Counted from the stretch's first letter, positions 51,501-62,320 are shown. The stretch: 64,000 nt of DNA from Eukaryota sp. GEM-RC1 (GCA_040285855.1 JAUFOQ010000016.1:248001-312000), one strand, 5' to 3'. Numbers and translations are program-made. The notes: a model not told the origin generated them from the sequence alone.

Positions 51501-53081
51501 CCTCCGAGTCAATCAACATGATTAGTGAACCATCAATTAGTGAACCATTAATCAACAAGTCAAAAATTTTTGACGCTTGGCTATCGAAAATACGCTCCAC
51601 ACAAGTAGAAGCCAAGAACAACAACGACGTACTGTTTCAGCATCCCACTGCTGTATACAACGAAGAGCTCCAGCTATTCCTAAATAGCGATGGTAAGATC
51701 CTCATCCCTATGAGTCTTCGGAAAACCACGATGAACCACATCCACGGTTTCCCTCACGCAGGCCACCCGAGCCTAAGAGTCAGCATTGATCGGCTAAACT
51801 CTAGTGACTATTTCTGGCCTAAAATGGCCAAAGATATGAAGAAACACTGCATGCAATGCCCAGCTTGTCAAAAGACAGCTCCCCTTGCAAAACTCAAAAT
51901 CAAACCATCAGGTAACCTTTGGGCAGACAAACCATTTGCCAAAATGAATGCCGACACCATTGGACCTTTGCCGACAGACACCTCCGGGAACTGTCACCTT
52001 CTAGTATTCATAGACTCGTTTACCCGTTATACAGTCTTATGTCCCTTGAAGGAGCTCAATGCCCAAGAAACCGCTCATGCACTAGTGTGTAATGTATGTG
52101 CCATCTTTGGTATACCCCATCTGATTCATAGCGATAATGGCAAGGAGTTTGCCAACCATGTCTTTAATGGCGTGTGTCAGGCTTTTGATATCGACACGGA
52201 GAAATCCATCCCCAGTTTTTCGCAAAGCAACGGATTAGTGGAACGTCGCCACAGAGACATCCTGCAGTCATTAAGAAAGATACTTATCGATTTTAATGAT
52301 TACGACAACTGGTCCAAGTACATTCCAATTGTACAACTTTTAGTTAATACTACTAAGAGTAGAGTGACAGGTTTCACCCCATACCAACTCATGTTTGGAT
52401 CAGCCACCAGCCCTGGTAGCGATCCCAGCAAGATACTAGCTTGTCTCTCACAGGAAAGCCAATCAGAAGATTCCTTCCTGGCAGATTATCAATCAAAAAT
52501 TCAAAGAATTTTGAAAAATCGGGAAGAGGCAGAGATCAACCAATCTTCTACTCAACCTGTGATAACTGCCGAACCAACCTCGTCGTCACTGTACTCGAGT
52601 GGAGATTTGGTCCTCAAGACTAACTCCAAAACTAAGAAGCTTCACGGCAAGCTCGAAGGTCCATTCCTGGTCATCGACACGCCCACCGCTAGCTCTCTTA
52701 CCTTACAGAACATTATCACTGGACATCAGTTCAAATCTATCTAGTGTTCACCAATGTAAGAAATACCTGACTGACAAACCCTCGTCTGATGAGTTCCACA
52801 AAGCAGTAGCATCCTGTGACTCTGAGGAAATGATCGTGATTAAGGTGCTATCCCAATCCGACTCACCCTCCGGACCTGTTTGTTCAGTCGTCTGGTTTGA
52901 TGGTGATACAACCGAGGTACCTTTGGATCAAATAAAGAATACGAAAGCCTATTCCGAGTTTATTAAATCTAATCCCTCATATAAGCCGTCTACTAGAAAG
53001 AAACGAAGTGTTCAGGGTAGTACCAGCCGTGCCTCTCCACCTGCCAAGAGGACCAGGTCCTCGAGAAAGGGGAAAAAGTAG
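48455..53081 (+). CDS. Gag-Pol polyprotein with C-terminal chromodomain-like region (frameshift near 52735)
   Basis: CCHC knuckle CRFCGEKGHSILQC, protease FWDSGA, RT LDLPKAFWQ and YIDDII, RNase H ADASD and TDHRNL, integrase H..H..C..C, SDNGKEF, NGLVER and EGPF; then IVIKVLSQ...VVWFDGDTTEVPLDQIKNTKAYSEF in ORF 52599..53081. Confidence 0.95.
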
Positions 53082-53156
53082 TGTTAGTACTGGTACAGTA
53101 CCCTCAAAATAAATTTACTTTTCCTTTCCACATGTCATCTAGATACCTAGACAACA
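53082..53156 (+). repeat. 3' LTR (75 bp)
   Basis: Identical to the 5' LTR; begins directly after the TAG stop at 53079-53081. Confidence 0.97.
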
Positions 53157-53413
53157 GTCTATGTATAGATATGTTGATTCCATTTTGTCCAAGTTGTTTG
53201 GAGGCAACTACTTTTCGGAATTAGGTAGTTCGTTTGATAATTTGTTTTAATAGTGTTTATTTATTTGTACTTATCTTATTATGTGTTTTTCTCCGCACAT
53301 AAATCCGTTTTTTTTTATCCATAAAATGCATCTTTTACCGTTTATAACTATGATAGGGTTATCGTCTTCAGAACTAACAAGGAAAAAATGAAAGTTTATT
53401 GAAAAACAACAGT

Positions 53414-53800
53414 CTATTCGAAATTAGAAGAACAAGGGTGAGAGTTGACAATGGTTCTTACGGTGTTTGCTGTCCAATGAGTTCTGTTATAGAGTAGAAA
53501 GAGTTGCTTTTCTAGGGATTCGGCCGAAAGACGGGTTCTCAAACACCCAACAGTCAGTTTGGCTCTACTGAAGAGCCCCTCAAGGGCATTAGAAGTAGAA
53601 GGAATGAAGGAGAGATCGATGTACTGGGACGTTGCAGGTACATCCACAAGACCACGGAGCCTTGAAGCAAAAGAGCTTTCAGAAGAGGGAGAAATCACAG
53701 AATTTTGTTGTTGTTTCAAAAAGCACTCAAGCTCATTAATAGTGAGGTTGGCTTCATTACGTTCACTGATCTTAATGATGCCGTTTTCCAACTCCGGACT
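53414..53800 (-). pseudogene. hAT transposase C-terminal dimerisation-domain remnant
   Basis: FIPSTSNALEGLFSRAKLTVGCLRTRLSAESLEKQLFLLYN. Confidence 0.85.
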
Positions 53801-53926
53801 GTGAATGATGTTACTAGGAGGATTGTACATCGTATTGTTCGTACAATTTATTGTAAATATATTGATATATTGCAATATAAGGTGTTTGGTGCAATAAATA
53901 TATTGCCTCTCTGAAGTGATGCAATT

Positions 53927-54069
53927 AAGAGAGAGATGTTTATTCGGCACCCAATAAGGTAACCTTCCTACAAACTATAAAATTGTATAAACAAACAAAT
54001 AATACTAAGATTAAATCCAAACGACTTCATCACCACCCGGTAAAAGATTACGTTTATCAACATTAACCT
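53927..54069 (-). mobile_element. 143-bp 5'-truncated non-LTR retro-insertion
   Basis: 10-bp TSD TGATGCAATT (53917-53926, 54070-54079); the minus strand has a short ORF end, a T-rich UTR, AATAAA and a CT tail. Confidence 0.8.
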
Positions 54070-55836
54070 TGATGCAATTTGTACTGCAATATTATTTATT
54101 GCAATATATTGCAATACAATATATTTTTTCCTATCCCTGATGTATACTGGTGGTATAATATGATATCAATAAGTATCTTTGCAGAAAGAACTTGATCACG
54201 ATTCTCGAACTTCTCGGCACATATATAAGTTGTAGGGTAATTTGAAGAGGTGTTATTGATAAAGAATTCATAGCAAAACTGAAATTTTTGCTGCGGTATT
54301 GGAACACCCTTAGAATTAGAACTGAAAAGAAAGGAGGCAAGATGTGAAGCTCTCAAGAAGGACTGGAGGCCTCTTAATGATGGATAAAAGAGACATGAGA
54401 GAGTCTGAGTGTAGGATCGAATTTGCGCTGTTCTGAAGAACGAGACAATTGTAGATATTTAGTTCTGTTTGTGGAACCAATGAAATAATAACTCTAGTTT
54501 ACTCCCGTTTACCCACAGTTTTGAACATTTGCGATTTACTGTTATTTATTGATTATATTTGAAAAATATTCGGTAAATTAAGTTCCGTAATAATTTGAAA
54601 CCAAATATAAATTCCCTAATCTGTCGATTTACGGTATTTATAGAATCAAAGGTAATGATTAATGTACTGCGAACTTTATTTTTGATAGACCTGGGTGAAG
54701 CTTATCATTTTTATTACATTATTAAATTTGTGCACCCAACTATTACTGGGGTAAAATAGCTTGGAATACAGAAATCCTTCTTTGGTGCTATCATCGAAAC
54801 CGTCGAGTTATATTCTTTTCGATTCCTACGTAGAGCATTGTATATTGTGTGTTGAAATATCTTTTGAAAACACTGCAGTGGTGACACATCGCTTGTTATT
54901 GAATGTACAGGTGTGGTTTAATACAGAAATGATGTAGTAGTAAATAGTTTGAAATTTAGGACACTGTCTTCCAGTGATTTGACATAATTGTAATGTTAGC
55001 TACAAATGTATGGCGTGTCACTTGTTCTAGTTTTGACATTCTTATATAAACTACCATCCCTTTTCCATTGGTATTGGGTCACATATCTTTTGATCTTTCA
55101 ACAATCATAGTTGAAATTCTTGGTGAACGAACTTCCTTCATCCATCGTATAGAATTGAAAGAAATGTAAAAAACGAACCCTAAACGAAGTTCAAGTTAGT
55201 CAGTTGAGATATGAAAATGAGATTATGGGAAGATGTGATGACGTTGCTTATCTAAAACAAGAACAGATGGGAATGGAGAAGTTTTCATGTTCTCTTATTA
55301 ACATCGAAGTGCGGATGTCTTCTTTGATACTAACTGAAAAGAGAGAAGAGAATGAAGAGTGATGATTCTTGTCTATTCTGACACGAAGTTGCGGGTTTCA
55401 GGATTCACATCGTGTGGGCCTTAAAAATATTGTTGCTAAAACTGCTCTGTCTTTCTTGGATGCGGCAGTTGTGTCATTGATTTCCTAAAGACATCAATCA
55501 GGGTATGTCTCACTTAGTTTGTCATAACATTACATAACCTCATCTGTGATGGGATACAAGTTTTTGGCTAATTGCAATGAATTCTAGTGATGAATTCTTA
55601 AATCAGATTCACTTTATCCTAGGGATGAACACATGTTACCAATTCCATCATTCTCAATTGAAGAATTTCAAATTGTAGAACATGTGAATATCACATTTGG
55701 CCTCACTGTTGACACCTGTAAACACAAAGGAATATTTCAATTCAGTTCGGTTCTATTCAGTTACTACTGAAAGTTTGATTTTTCACAATTGTTTGAATGT
55801 AATAATGTACATATGTTTTTTTTACATTTTCATAGT

Positions 55837-55872
55837 TTTGTAGGAAGGTTACCTTATTGGGTGCCGAATAAA
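55837..55872 (+). repeat. Second copy of the same retro 3' end
   Basis: 36-bp exact reverse complement of 53939-53974, ending in AATAAA. Confidence 0.8.
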
Positions 55873-56237
55873 GTTTTCTTGTGTCAATGATTATAACTGT
55901 TGAACAGTAGTAATGTTTATTGTAGTAGTTTGAGCGTAAAAACTTGATTGTAGTTGACCATCATAAATGATTGAAATACTGGAGAACTAATGAGGCATTA
56001 TTGCAATCTGATCATTCGCTAAGGGTGGTCAGATTGTCCAGCATGTGGTCAAGCACTATACTGGGTAAACAAGAAATGCCAAAATGATGGAATAGACCTG
56101 CGAATTTAACTTCATTCAGAAGTCGTCTTCAATGAAACCAATTAAATACTATCTTTTCTGATTCACACTTATAAATCAAATTTAACTGAAAATCGTAACT
56201 CTATTAAAAATAAATCTCTAAAAAACTAAAACTAAAC

Positions 56238-58133
56238 CTACTTGAAATCTCTTTCCAACCCATTGAACATTTCAACGACAGCATCTAAAGAGAGTTCATA
56301 CTTATCCTCAGAATCACGTGTTCTTACATTGACAGTCTTCTTTTCTGCTTCATCAGCACCTACTACCAAAATGAAGTTATACTGCTCGATTTGGGCATCA
56401 CGGATCTTCCTCTTTAATTGGAGGCCACTAAGCTCAGCATCTACATAGAAACGATGACTCCTCAGTAACTCATAGACTTCTTGAGCGTAATCATTGAACT
56501 TATGAGAAACAGGGACAATACAGACTTGACGTGGTGATAACCAAAAGGCCACTTACCAGCCAAATGTTCCAGAGCCATGGCCATAAATCGTTCCAAAGAA
56601 CCCAAGATAGCTCGATGGATCATGACTGGACGTTCAGGACCGTTCTCGCCGTCGTATTGAAGTTCAAAACGTTCAGGAAGATTAAAATCAAGCTGAATCG
56701 TAGCACATTGATGTCTTCTCTTTAAAGCATCCGTGACATTGATATCAATCTTAGAACCATAGAAAGCACCACCACCTTCATCAATGGCAAATTCCTTACC
56801 ACAATCTGCTAAACATCTTTTGAGTTGAACTTCAGCTTCATTCCACATATACAAATCTCCTAAGAATTTCTCTGGTCTTGTGGAAAGAACGAACTCAACA
56901 GGCATTTGTAGAACATTGTAAACCTCTTCAACAAACTTAATAACACCCATAATTTCGTCATAAATTTGATCTCTGCGACAAAAGATATGAGCATCATCTT
57001 GAACAAATCTACGTACTCTAGAGAGTCCTGACAAAGCCCCAGAGGCTTCGTTTCTATGCAAGACACCAAACTCAGCACATCTAAAAGGAAGTTCTCTATA
57101 AGAACGTCGTTGGTGACCAAACAAAACACAGTGACCAGGGCAGTTCATTGGTTTTAAAGCCCATTCCTTTTCATCAACGTTTAGAACAAACATATCATCC
57201 TTATAGAATTGCCAATGACCAGACTTCTTCCAAAGTTCATGGTCAAACATATTAGGACATTGGACTTCCTCATACCCAAACTTGTGGTACAAACCACGGA
57301 TGAACTTCTCTAAAGCACGGTATATTCTAGTACCATGAGGTAAGAAGAAAGGGGAACCGGGGGAAAGCTCAGAAAAGAAGAAAAAGTTTTTGTTTTTGAC
57401 CTAAAACACGATGATCACGTTTACGAGCTTCTTCTATCAAGTGCTGGTGTTCTTTCAACAATTTAGCTGAAGGAAAAGCAACACCATACACTCTCTGCAG
57501 TGATTCCCTAGCTTGATCACCCCTCCAATAAGCAGCAGAGCACTTATCTGCGGAGAAAGCCTTGACATAACCAGTGTGAGGAAGGTGAGGACCACGGCAA
57601 AGATCAACAAAGGAACCACATCTGTAGATAGTGATGACTTCATGGTCCTTAATTTGTTCGTTAATAATCTCCAGTTTGAAGGGATTATCAGCGAATAGTT
57701 CGAGGCATTCAGCCTTGGTAGCTTCGATACGTTCAAAAGGTTGTTGCTCCTTAATGATGGCTTCGGCTTCAGCTTTGATCTTGGGGAGGTCATCGGGGGT
57801 GATTTTACCATCGAAAAAGCAGTCATAATAGAAACCCATTTCAATGGAAGGACCAATACAGAGTTTGGCGTTGAAGACACGTTGGAGGGCCTCTCCAAGA
57901 ATATGAGCAGAGGAGTGCCAGAAGACTTCATGGCCTTCGGGATCATCGAAGGTCAAGAAGACGAGTGAGCAATCGGACTTAAGAGGACGAGTGAGATCGA
58001 CAACTACATCGTTTACTTTTGCAGCAACTACTTTTTTAGCGAGAGACTTAGAAATAGCTTGTGCGAGATCAAGAGGAGTAGTGTCCAGTTCTACTTCACG
58101 AACGGCACCATCGGGAAGGGTAACCTTGAGCAT
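56238..58133 (-). CDS. TARS1: Threonyl-tRNA synthetase; two homopolymer frameshifts (~57383 and ~56545)
   Basis: TGS domain, [74 protein letters not shown]. Confidence 0.97.
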
Positions 58134-58186
58134 TGTGAAAGTGTCTAAATGTCAAAAAAGTGACATCACTCTTTGTCTCCTCCAAA

Positions 58187-59546
58187 ATGACTCTCGTTAC
58201 TTCTATCTGTTGGGCTCCTAGAGGTATAGCAGCTGAACAACCTTCTCTTGAAAATATTTCTGACACAGAACTTGAAGATCTTCGCAAACTGGTGTTTGTC
58301 TCTCTTATTCTCCTTTTATCTTAGAAATCAAACTTCAGTTGATCAAAACACAGACTCTCCTTCCTCAGACACTTCCGATGATGAAGTTCCCTCAGATACA
58401 ATTGGTGGAATGTACTACAACTCCAACACTGACGATCCCTATCTCACTGCCAATGTTTCTGATGATGATGAAATCCATGACATGAAAATCCCTGCTAATT
58501 CCTACATTCTTCTTGCAGGCAGAGTCAACATGCCTGAAAGAGACGGTTTCCTAGAACAATGGACCGTCAACCCTGGAGACCAAGACCATCCCTCTGAAGT
58601 AGACATGCACCACGACCGTGTCCTTCGTTCAGCTCCTCTGTGTGTTGAGTGGATGGGATGTGGGTTTGTTGAAGACAAGCCTCATTTGGCAGCAGTTGGG
58701 TTCATGGATCCTGGAATAGAGATTTGGAATTTGAATGAGATTGATGCGTTGGAACCAGTGGCTATTCTAGGACCCAAGAAGCATTTAGCTATTAGTAAGA
58801 AACGAATGATGAAGAAGAGACCATCAAAGGGGAAAGTCAAAGAATCAGGTCATAAAGGAGCTGTTTTGAACCTTTCTTGGAATACTCAACGTCAGCAGAT
58901 ACTAGCTAGTGGAGGTGACGATGGTAACGTTCTAGTATGGGATGTCAACAGTTATATAGAACCAGTGTTCAAGTTTCCCTCTTCTATAAGGCATTCAAAG
59001 CCTGTTCAGACTGTTGACTGGCTTCCCTGCTCAGAAAGTATAGTAATGTCCTCTAGTTTTGATCGAAATGTTCAGATTGTTGATTTAAGGTCAAATCCAG
59101 TTAATTCGATTAGGTTTAAGATAGATTCTGATGCTGAAAGTGCTGCGTGGCAAAGTCTTGGGAATTCTCTTGATAGTTCAAAAGTATTGATTGGGTGTGA
59201 GGATGGTTCAATCACGTGTTTTGATCCACGTCAACCTGATCGACGATTGTTTGTGATTGACGGGCATAAGAAGAGTGCAATCATAGCCACTCACCCACGT
59301 ATACCCTCCATTTTAGTCTCAGGAGGTGGTGACAAGACTGTCAAAACTTGGAAAATTGACGGAGAACCAACACTACTTCACAAGGAGAATGTCACTGAGA
59401 ACGTTGGTGAAGTTTTTGCTGTTAAGTTCAATCAATATGCTGATGATGCTCATAGTGGTTATTTAGCAGTAGGAGGTTCAAAAGGAGATGTAGAGGTGTT
59501 TGACGTGTTTGGTTGGAAAGGAGTTTTTGAGTGTTTTAAGAGGTAA
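58187..59546 (+). CDS. PWP1: Periodic tryptophan protein 1 (WD40), two exons
   Basis: Exon 1 MTLVTSICWAPRGIA; exon 2 HHDRVL...PLCVEW, AAVGFMDPGIEIWNL, EPVAILG, GHKGAVLNLSWN. Confidence 0.9.
58294..58324 (+). other. Predicted 31-nt spliceosomal intron
   Basis: GTTTGT...pyrimidine-rich...TTAG; removal removes a stop and joins exon 1 in frame (KLV|NQTS). Confidence 0.7.
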
Positions 59547-59967
59547 TTTAATTGAGTTTAGTTTTAGTTTTTTTTAGCATGGTATTGCTTTTCCGATGAT
59601 TTATTGATGCACTCAGTTCAATATATCAGGGTATTGTTTTAATAGTTGTCTATATTTCACAAGCATCAGTTTGCAGCTAAAATTCTACCCGTAAAAATGA
59701 TGGTACAGACTCTTTGGTCATACAACTCAGTACATGACTAAGAGAAAAACTTTATCCAATGCAATCCGCTTGTTAAAGAAACACCTCCATGAACTTAGAC
59801 AAATACATAGCCCTACTTTAACAATAAAAATGTATTCCCGAACACTAAGAACAAATTTAACCAAAATAAAATAGAGAATTAATATTACAATACAGACTTA
59901 AATAGAAACACTTCCAAAGGTAGTGACAAGTAGACATCCTCACGATGGAAACTCACCAAAAACCATG

Positions 59968-60567
59968 TTAAACTTTAAACGAAACTTCAGTTTGTACCTT
60001 ATGAACAGACGTACTGAAGGATCTCAGCTTAACCTCCTCGCTATCATCAATGTACTTTGGATTACTCTCTTGCCACATTGTAGGAACATCAATCTCTGCA
60101 CTGGTGTAACACAAAAGTTCAAAAGTACAGGGATCGTCTATGAGAGGTAGAAACGTAACAGAAGCAGTTATCTGACGAAGGATGGCTTGGATTTCGGTCT
60201 GGATTTGTTTCTCAGTCTTTTTAGTGGTACTTTTAGAAGGAGAGGAGGTATCAGCATCAACATTGAAAACCCATCGTTCAAGAGTAGTGTCATCGACAGC
60301 AGAGCTTATAACAACAACAAGTTTTTGAACACATCCGGTAGACAGCCATGATTCGACTTGTTGTAGAACTTGCGAGAGATAGTCTTGAAGGGAAGAATCA
60401 GAGGTTGTGAGCAGAGTAAGACCGTACTTTTTCTCTGGTTGGAACAGATGAGGTGGGTACACAGCTCTTTGGTATAGGATAGAGTTTATAGCATAAGAGA
60501 AGAACTCAGTAACGATCGCTACAGATCCCTTTAAGCTGATTGCACTGGAAGTTGATACGGAAGCCAT
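59968..60567 (-). CDS. MAD2: Spindle assembly checkpoint protein MAD2 (HORMA domain)
   Basis: ISLKGSVAIVTEFFSYAINSILYQRAVYP, LERWVF, EIQAILRQITASVTFLP, VKLRSFSTSVHKV; ATG at 60567. Confidence 0.97.
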   Translation of the reverse strand: MASVSTSSAISLKGSVAIVTEFFSYAINSILYQRAVYPPHLFQPEKKYGLTLLTTSDSSLQDYLSQVLQQVESWLSTGCVQKLVVVISSAVDDTTLERWVFNVDADTSSPSKSTTKKTEKQIQTEIQAILRQITASVTFLPLIDDPCTFELLCYTSAEIDVPTMWQESNPKYIDDSEEVKLRSFSTSVHKVQTEVSFKV

Positions 60568-60619
60568 GAGGTGAGGGGAATTTTTGACCAAAAGTGTTTC
60601 TCCCAAAACACACTGTCCA

Positions 60620-60826
60620 ATTTTTTTTACTGACGTTTGTTTATGGAACAAAAACACTAAAATATACACAAATACTAGAACTCAATATCATTAAAGCAAC
60701 AATCATTGCCATTAAAACTCACATCAGCTTTTTTCTTCATAAAAAACACTGAGAGCTAATAGAGCTTTTGAACTCATGATAGGAATTGTTTTAAATATTG
60801 TAAAAACAATACGATTCAACCAAACT
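60620..60826 (-). mobile_element. 3' fragment of a CRE-like retrotransposon
   Basis: Near-copy of 35741-35900 (WLNRIVFTIFKTIPIMSSKALLALSVFYEEK); short A run at its 3' end. Confidence 0.8.
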
Positions 60827-61039
60827 CTGCCTAATAGTGTATTTGGGAGTCCCAAATCAATCAGTATTGAATCCCAATCTCCAACCAGTTGTTGTAGTCC
60901 TTCATTCTCATCATATAGGTGACGGAGATTTGTTTGGTACGTGTGTTTGATCTTCTCCCACATCCATTACAGTATATGAGTATTATTAGTTGATAGTTGT
61001 ATGGAAAAACCTAATTCCGAAATATAATCTTCCTTTTAA

Positions 61040-61415
61040 GGTTTCAATCACCTAGAAACAGCTGAAAAACGTAAAATTGATTTGTATTCCAAAGATGTTG
61101 CTAAACTCAATCAAAATTCATATTCAAAATTTGTATTTGTTCCATTTGATATATCTATTTTTGGCAGTATTGGTGAAATGGCTTCTAAGTTTTTAACTGA
61201 TTTTGTAAGTCTCAAAATAGGAGATTTAACACATCAATTTGGCACAACCGTTTGATTTTTTTTCTTTGTTCCGTTCGGTGCCTAAGTTTTTTAAATCAAT
61301 TTTCACAAAGTTGTACAAAAACTGTGGTAATGTTGACCAGGAATTTTCTGTGTCTAGTGTTTCATAGCTTTTATTATAATATGTATTTTTGTACCCTCGA
61401 TCAATAAACTGTCTA
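61040..61415 (+). mobile_element. 3' fragment of a CRE-like retrotransposon
   Basis: HLETAEKRKIDLY...FVPFDISIFGSIG; the 3' end is shared with 41102-41227. Confidence 0.8.
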
Positions 61416-61699
61416 TTTTAATCTTGATGTTAAGAATTTCTTTTTATTTAACTTCTTTCATTTTCTGAATAAGTCCGCATCAATCTACATGTCTATAATC
61501 TATATGTAAGCAAATGAAGTAAGATACTTCCTTTCTAGTGTATTCCTTTTGGTAAAGAAGTTTGCGTATGACTCTTGCAAGCCTTTTGTGTGATTTCTTG
61601 GATGCCTTTTTATTATTGTGCCACGAAACGAAAAGGACCAATTTCAACTACTACAATTCATTTGATGATAAGATCAGAAATTTTATTGTCCACTTTAAT

Positions 61700-62000
61700 T
61701 TATTGTAAATGTAATAGACTAAAAAATTACAATTTTATAACATTAAACAACACCCAACAGCTTTTTTTCTCTTGAAAGGAACTCACAGCTAATGAAGCTT
61801 TGGAGAAGATTAGAGGAATGGCTTTAGAAATGGTAAAAACAATCCGATTCAATCATAATATATGATCAAAACGTTGGTTCATCCTATTTTCAACGATTGT
61901 TCCAAAATCGTTTAACAAATTCAATACAGTTTTTCCTAAACGGCCATAGATTGAAACAGGCATAATTCGTATTCAACATGTTATACATTTGTTAATCTAA
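61700..62000 (-). mobile_element. Degraded CRE-like 3' fragment
   Basis: Minus-strand VSIYGRLGK and LNRIVFTISKAIPLIFSKA resemble ORF 35751..36161. Confidence 0.65.
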
Positions 62001-62320
62001 TGTATTAGAAAAAGTAAAATTTGCTTCACAACAACCACACCAATCTCTATCAAACATAACAACAGAGATCCTCTTAAGAGCAAGACGTCTCCTCATCTGT
62101 ACTTTGTATCTCGACAACATCAATTTGTTTCACGCCGTAAAAGAAGAAATCAAGTCATCAAATTGTCACAAATTTCTGTACATGTTGTATTTTAAATGAA
62201 AGAACTTTTTTAGATCTCTGTTAAAAATGCGGGCATGTGCATATCAAATGGAAAATTCTGACAAACACTTCAAGTCTCGAGTGTATTAATGATAGTTGTA
62301 CTTCAGAAATTACATATGTG

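Larger units (their letters stand above)
46443..53156 (+). mobile_element. Full-length Ty3/gypsy (chromovirus-like) LTR retrotransposon, 6714 bp
   Basis: Identical TG..CA LTRs, 4-bp TSD GTCT (46439-46442, 53157-53160), PPT GAGAAAGGGGAAAAAG (53063-53078), domain order PR-RT-RH-IN. Confidence 0.97.
44983..53316 (+). mobile_element. 5'-truncated CRE-like non-LTR retrotransposon interrupted by the gypsy element
   Basis: LTINLSKC, IKFLG, FGGIG, CICK...HLVNC...RSILHNSLRD, KRGD, VDFT, ENAKVSKY, FQPFAVSLYG. The ORF resumes after 53160 (IFRS|MYRYVDSIL...NLF, stop 53248-53250). 8-bp TSD ATCCATAA (44975-44982, 53317-53324). Confidence 0.92.
44786..54139 (-). mobile_element. Internally deleted hAT transposon carrying nested retroelements
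   Basis: Perfect TIR CAGGGATAGGAAAAAATATATTG at both ends; perfect 8-bp TSD ATGTATAC (44778-44785, 54140-54147); hAT dimerisation remnant inside. Confidence 0.93.

Noticed and set aside
54150..55800. Possible decayed coding sequence
   Set aside because: Stops in all frames and no motif I can identify.
53939..55872. 36-bp inverted repeat read as the TIRs of one ~1.9-kb transposon
   Set aside because: The left copy lies inside an insertion with its own 10-bp TSD and within the hAT boundary; both copies look like retro 3' ends.
60568..60669. N-terminal extension of MAD2 shown in the ORF track
   Set aside because: It uses a non-ATG start and runs into a retrotransposon 3' UTR; the conserved protein begins at ATG 60567.
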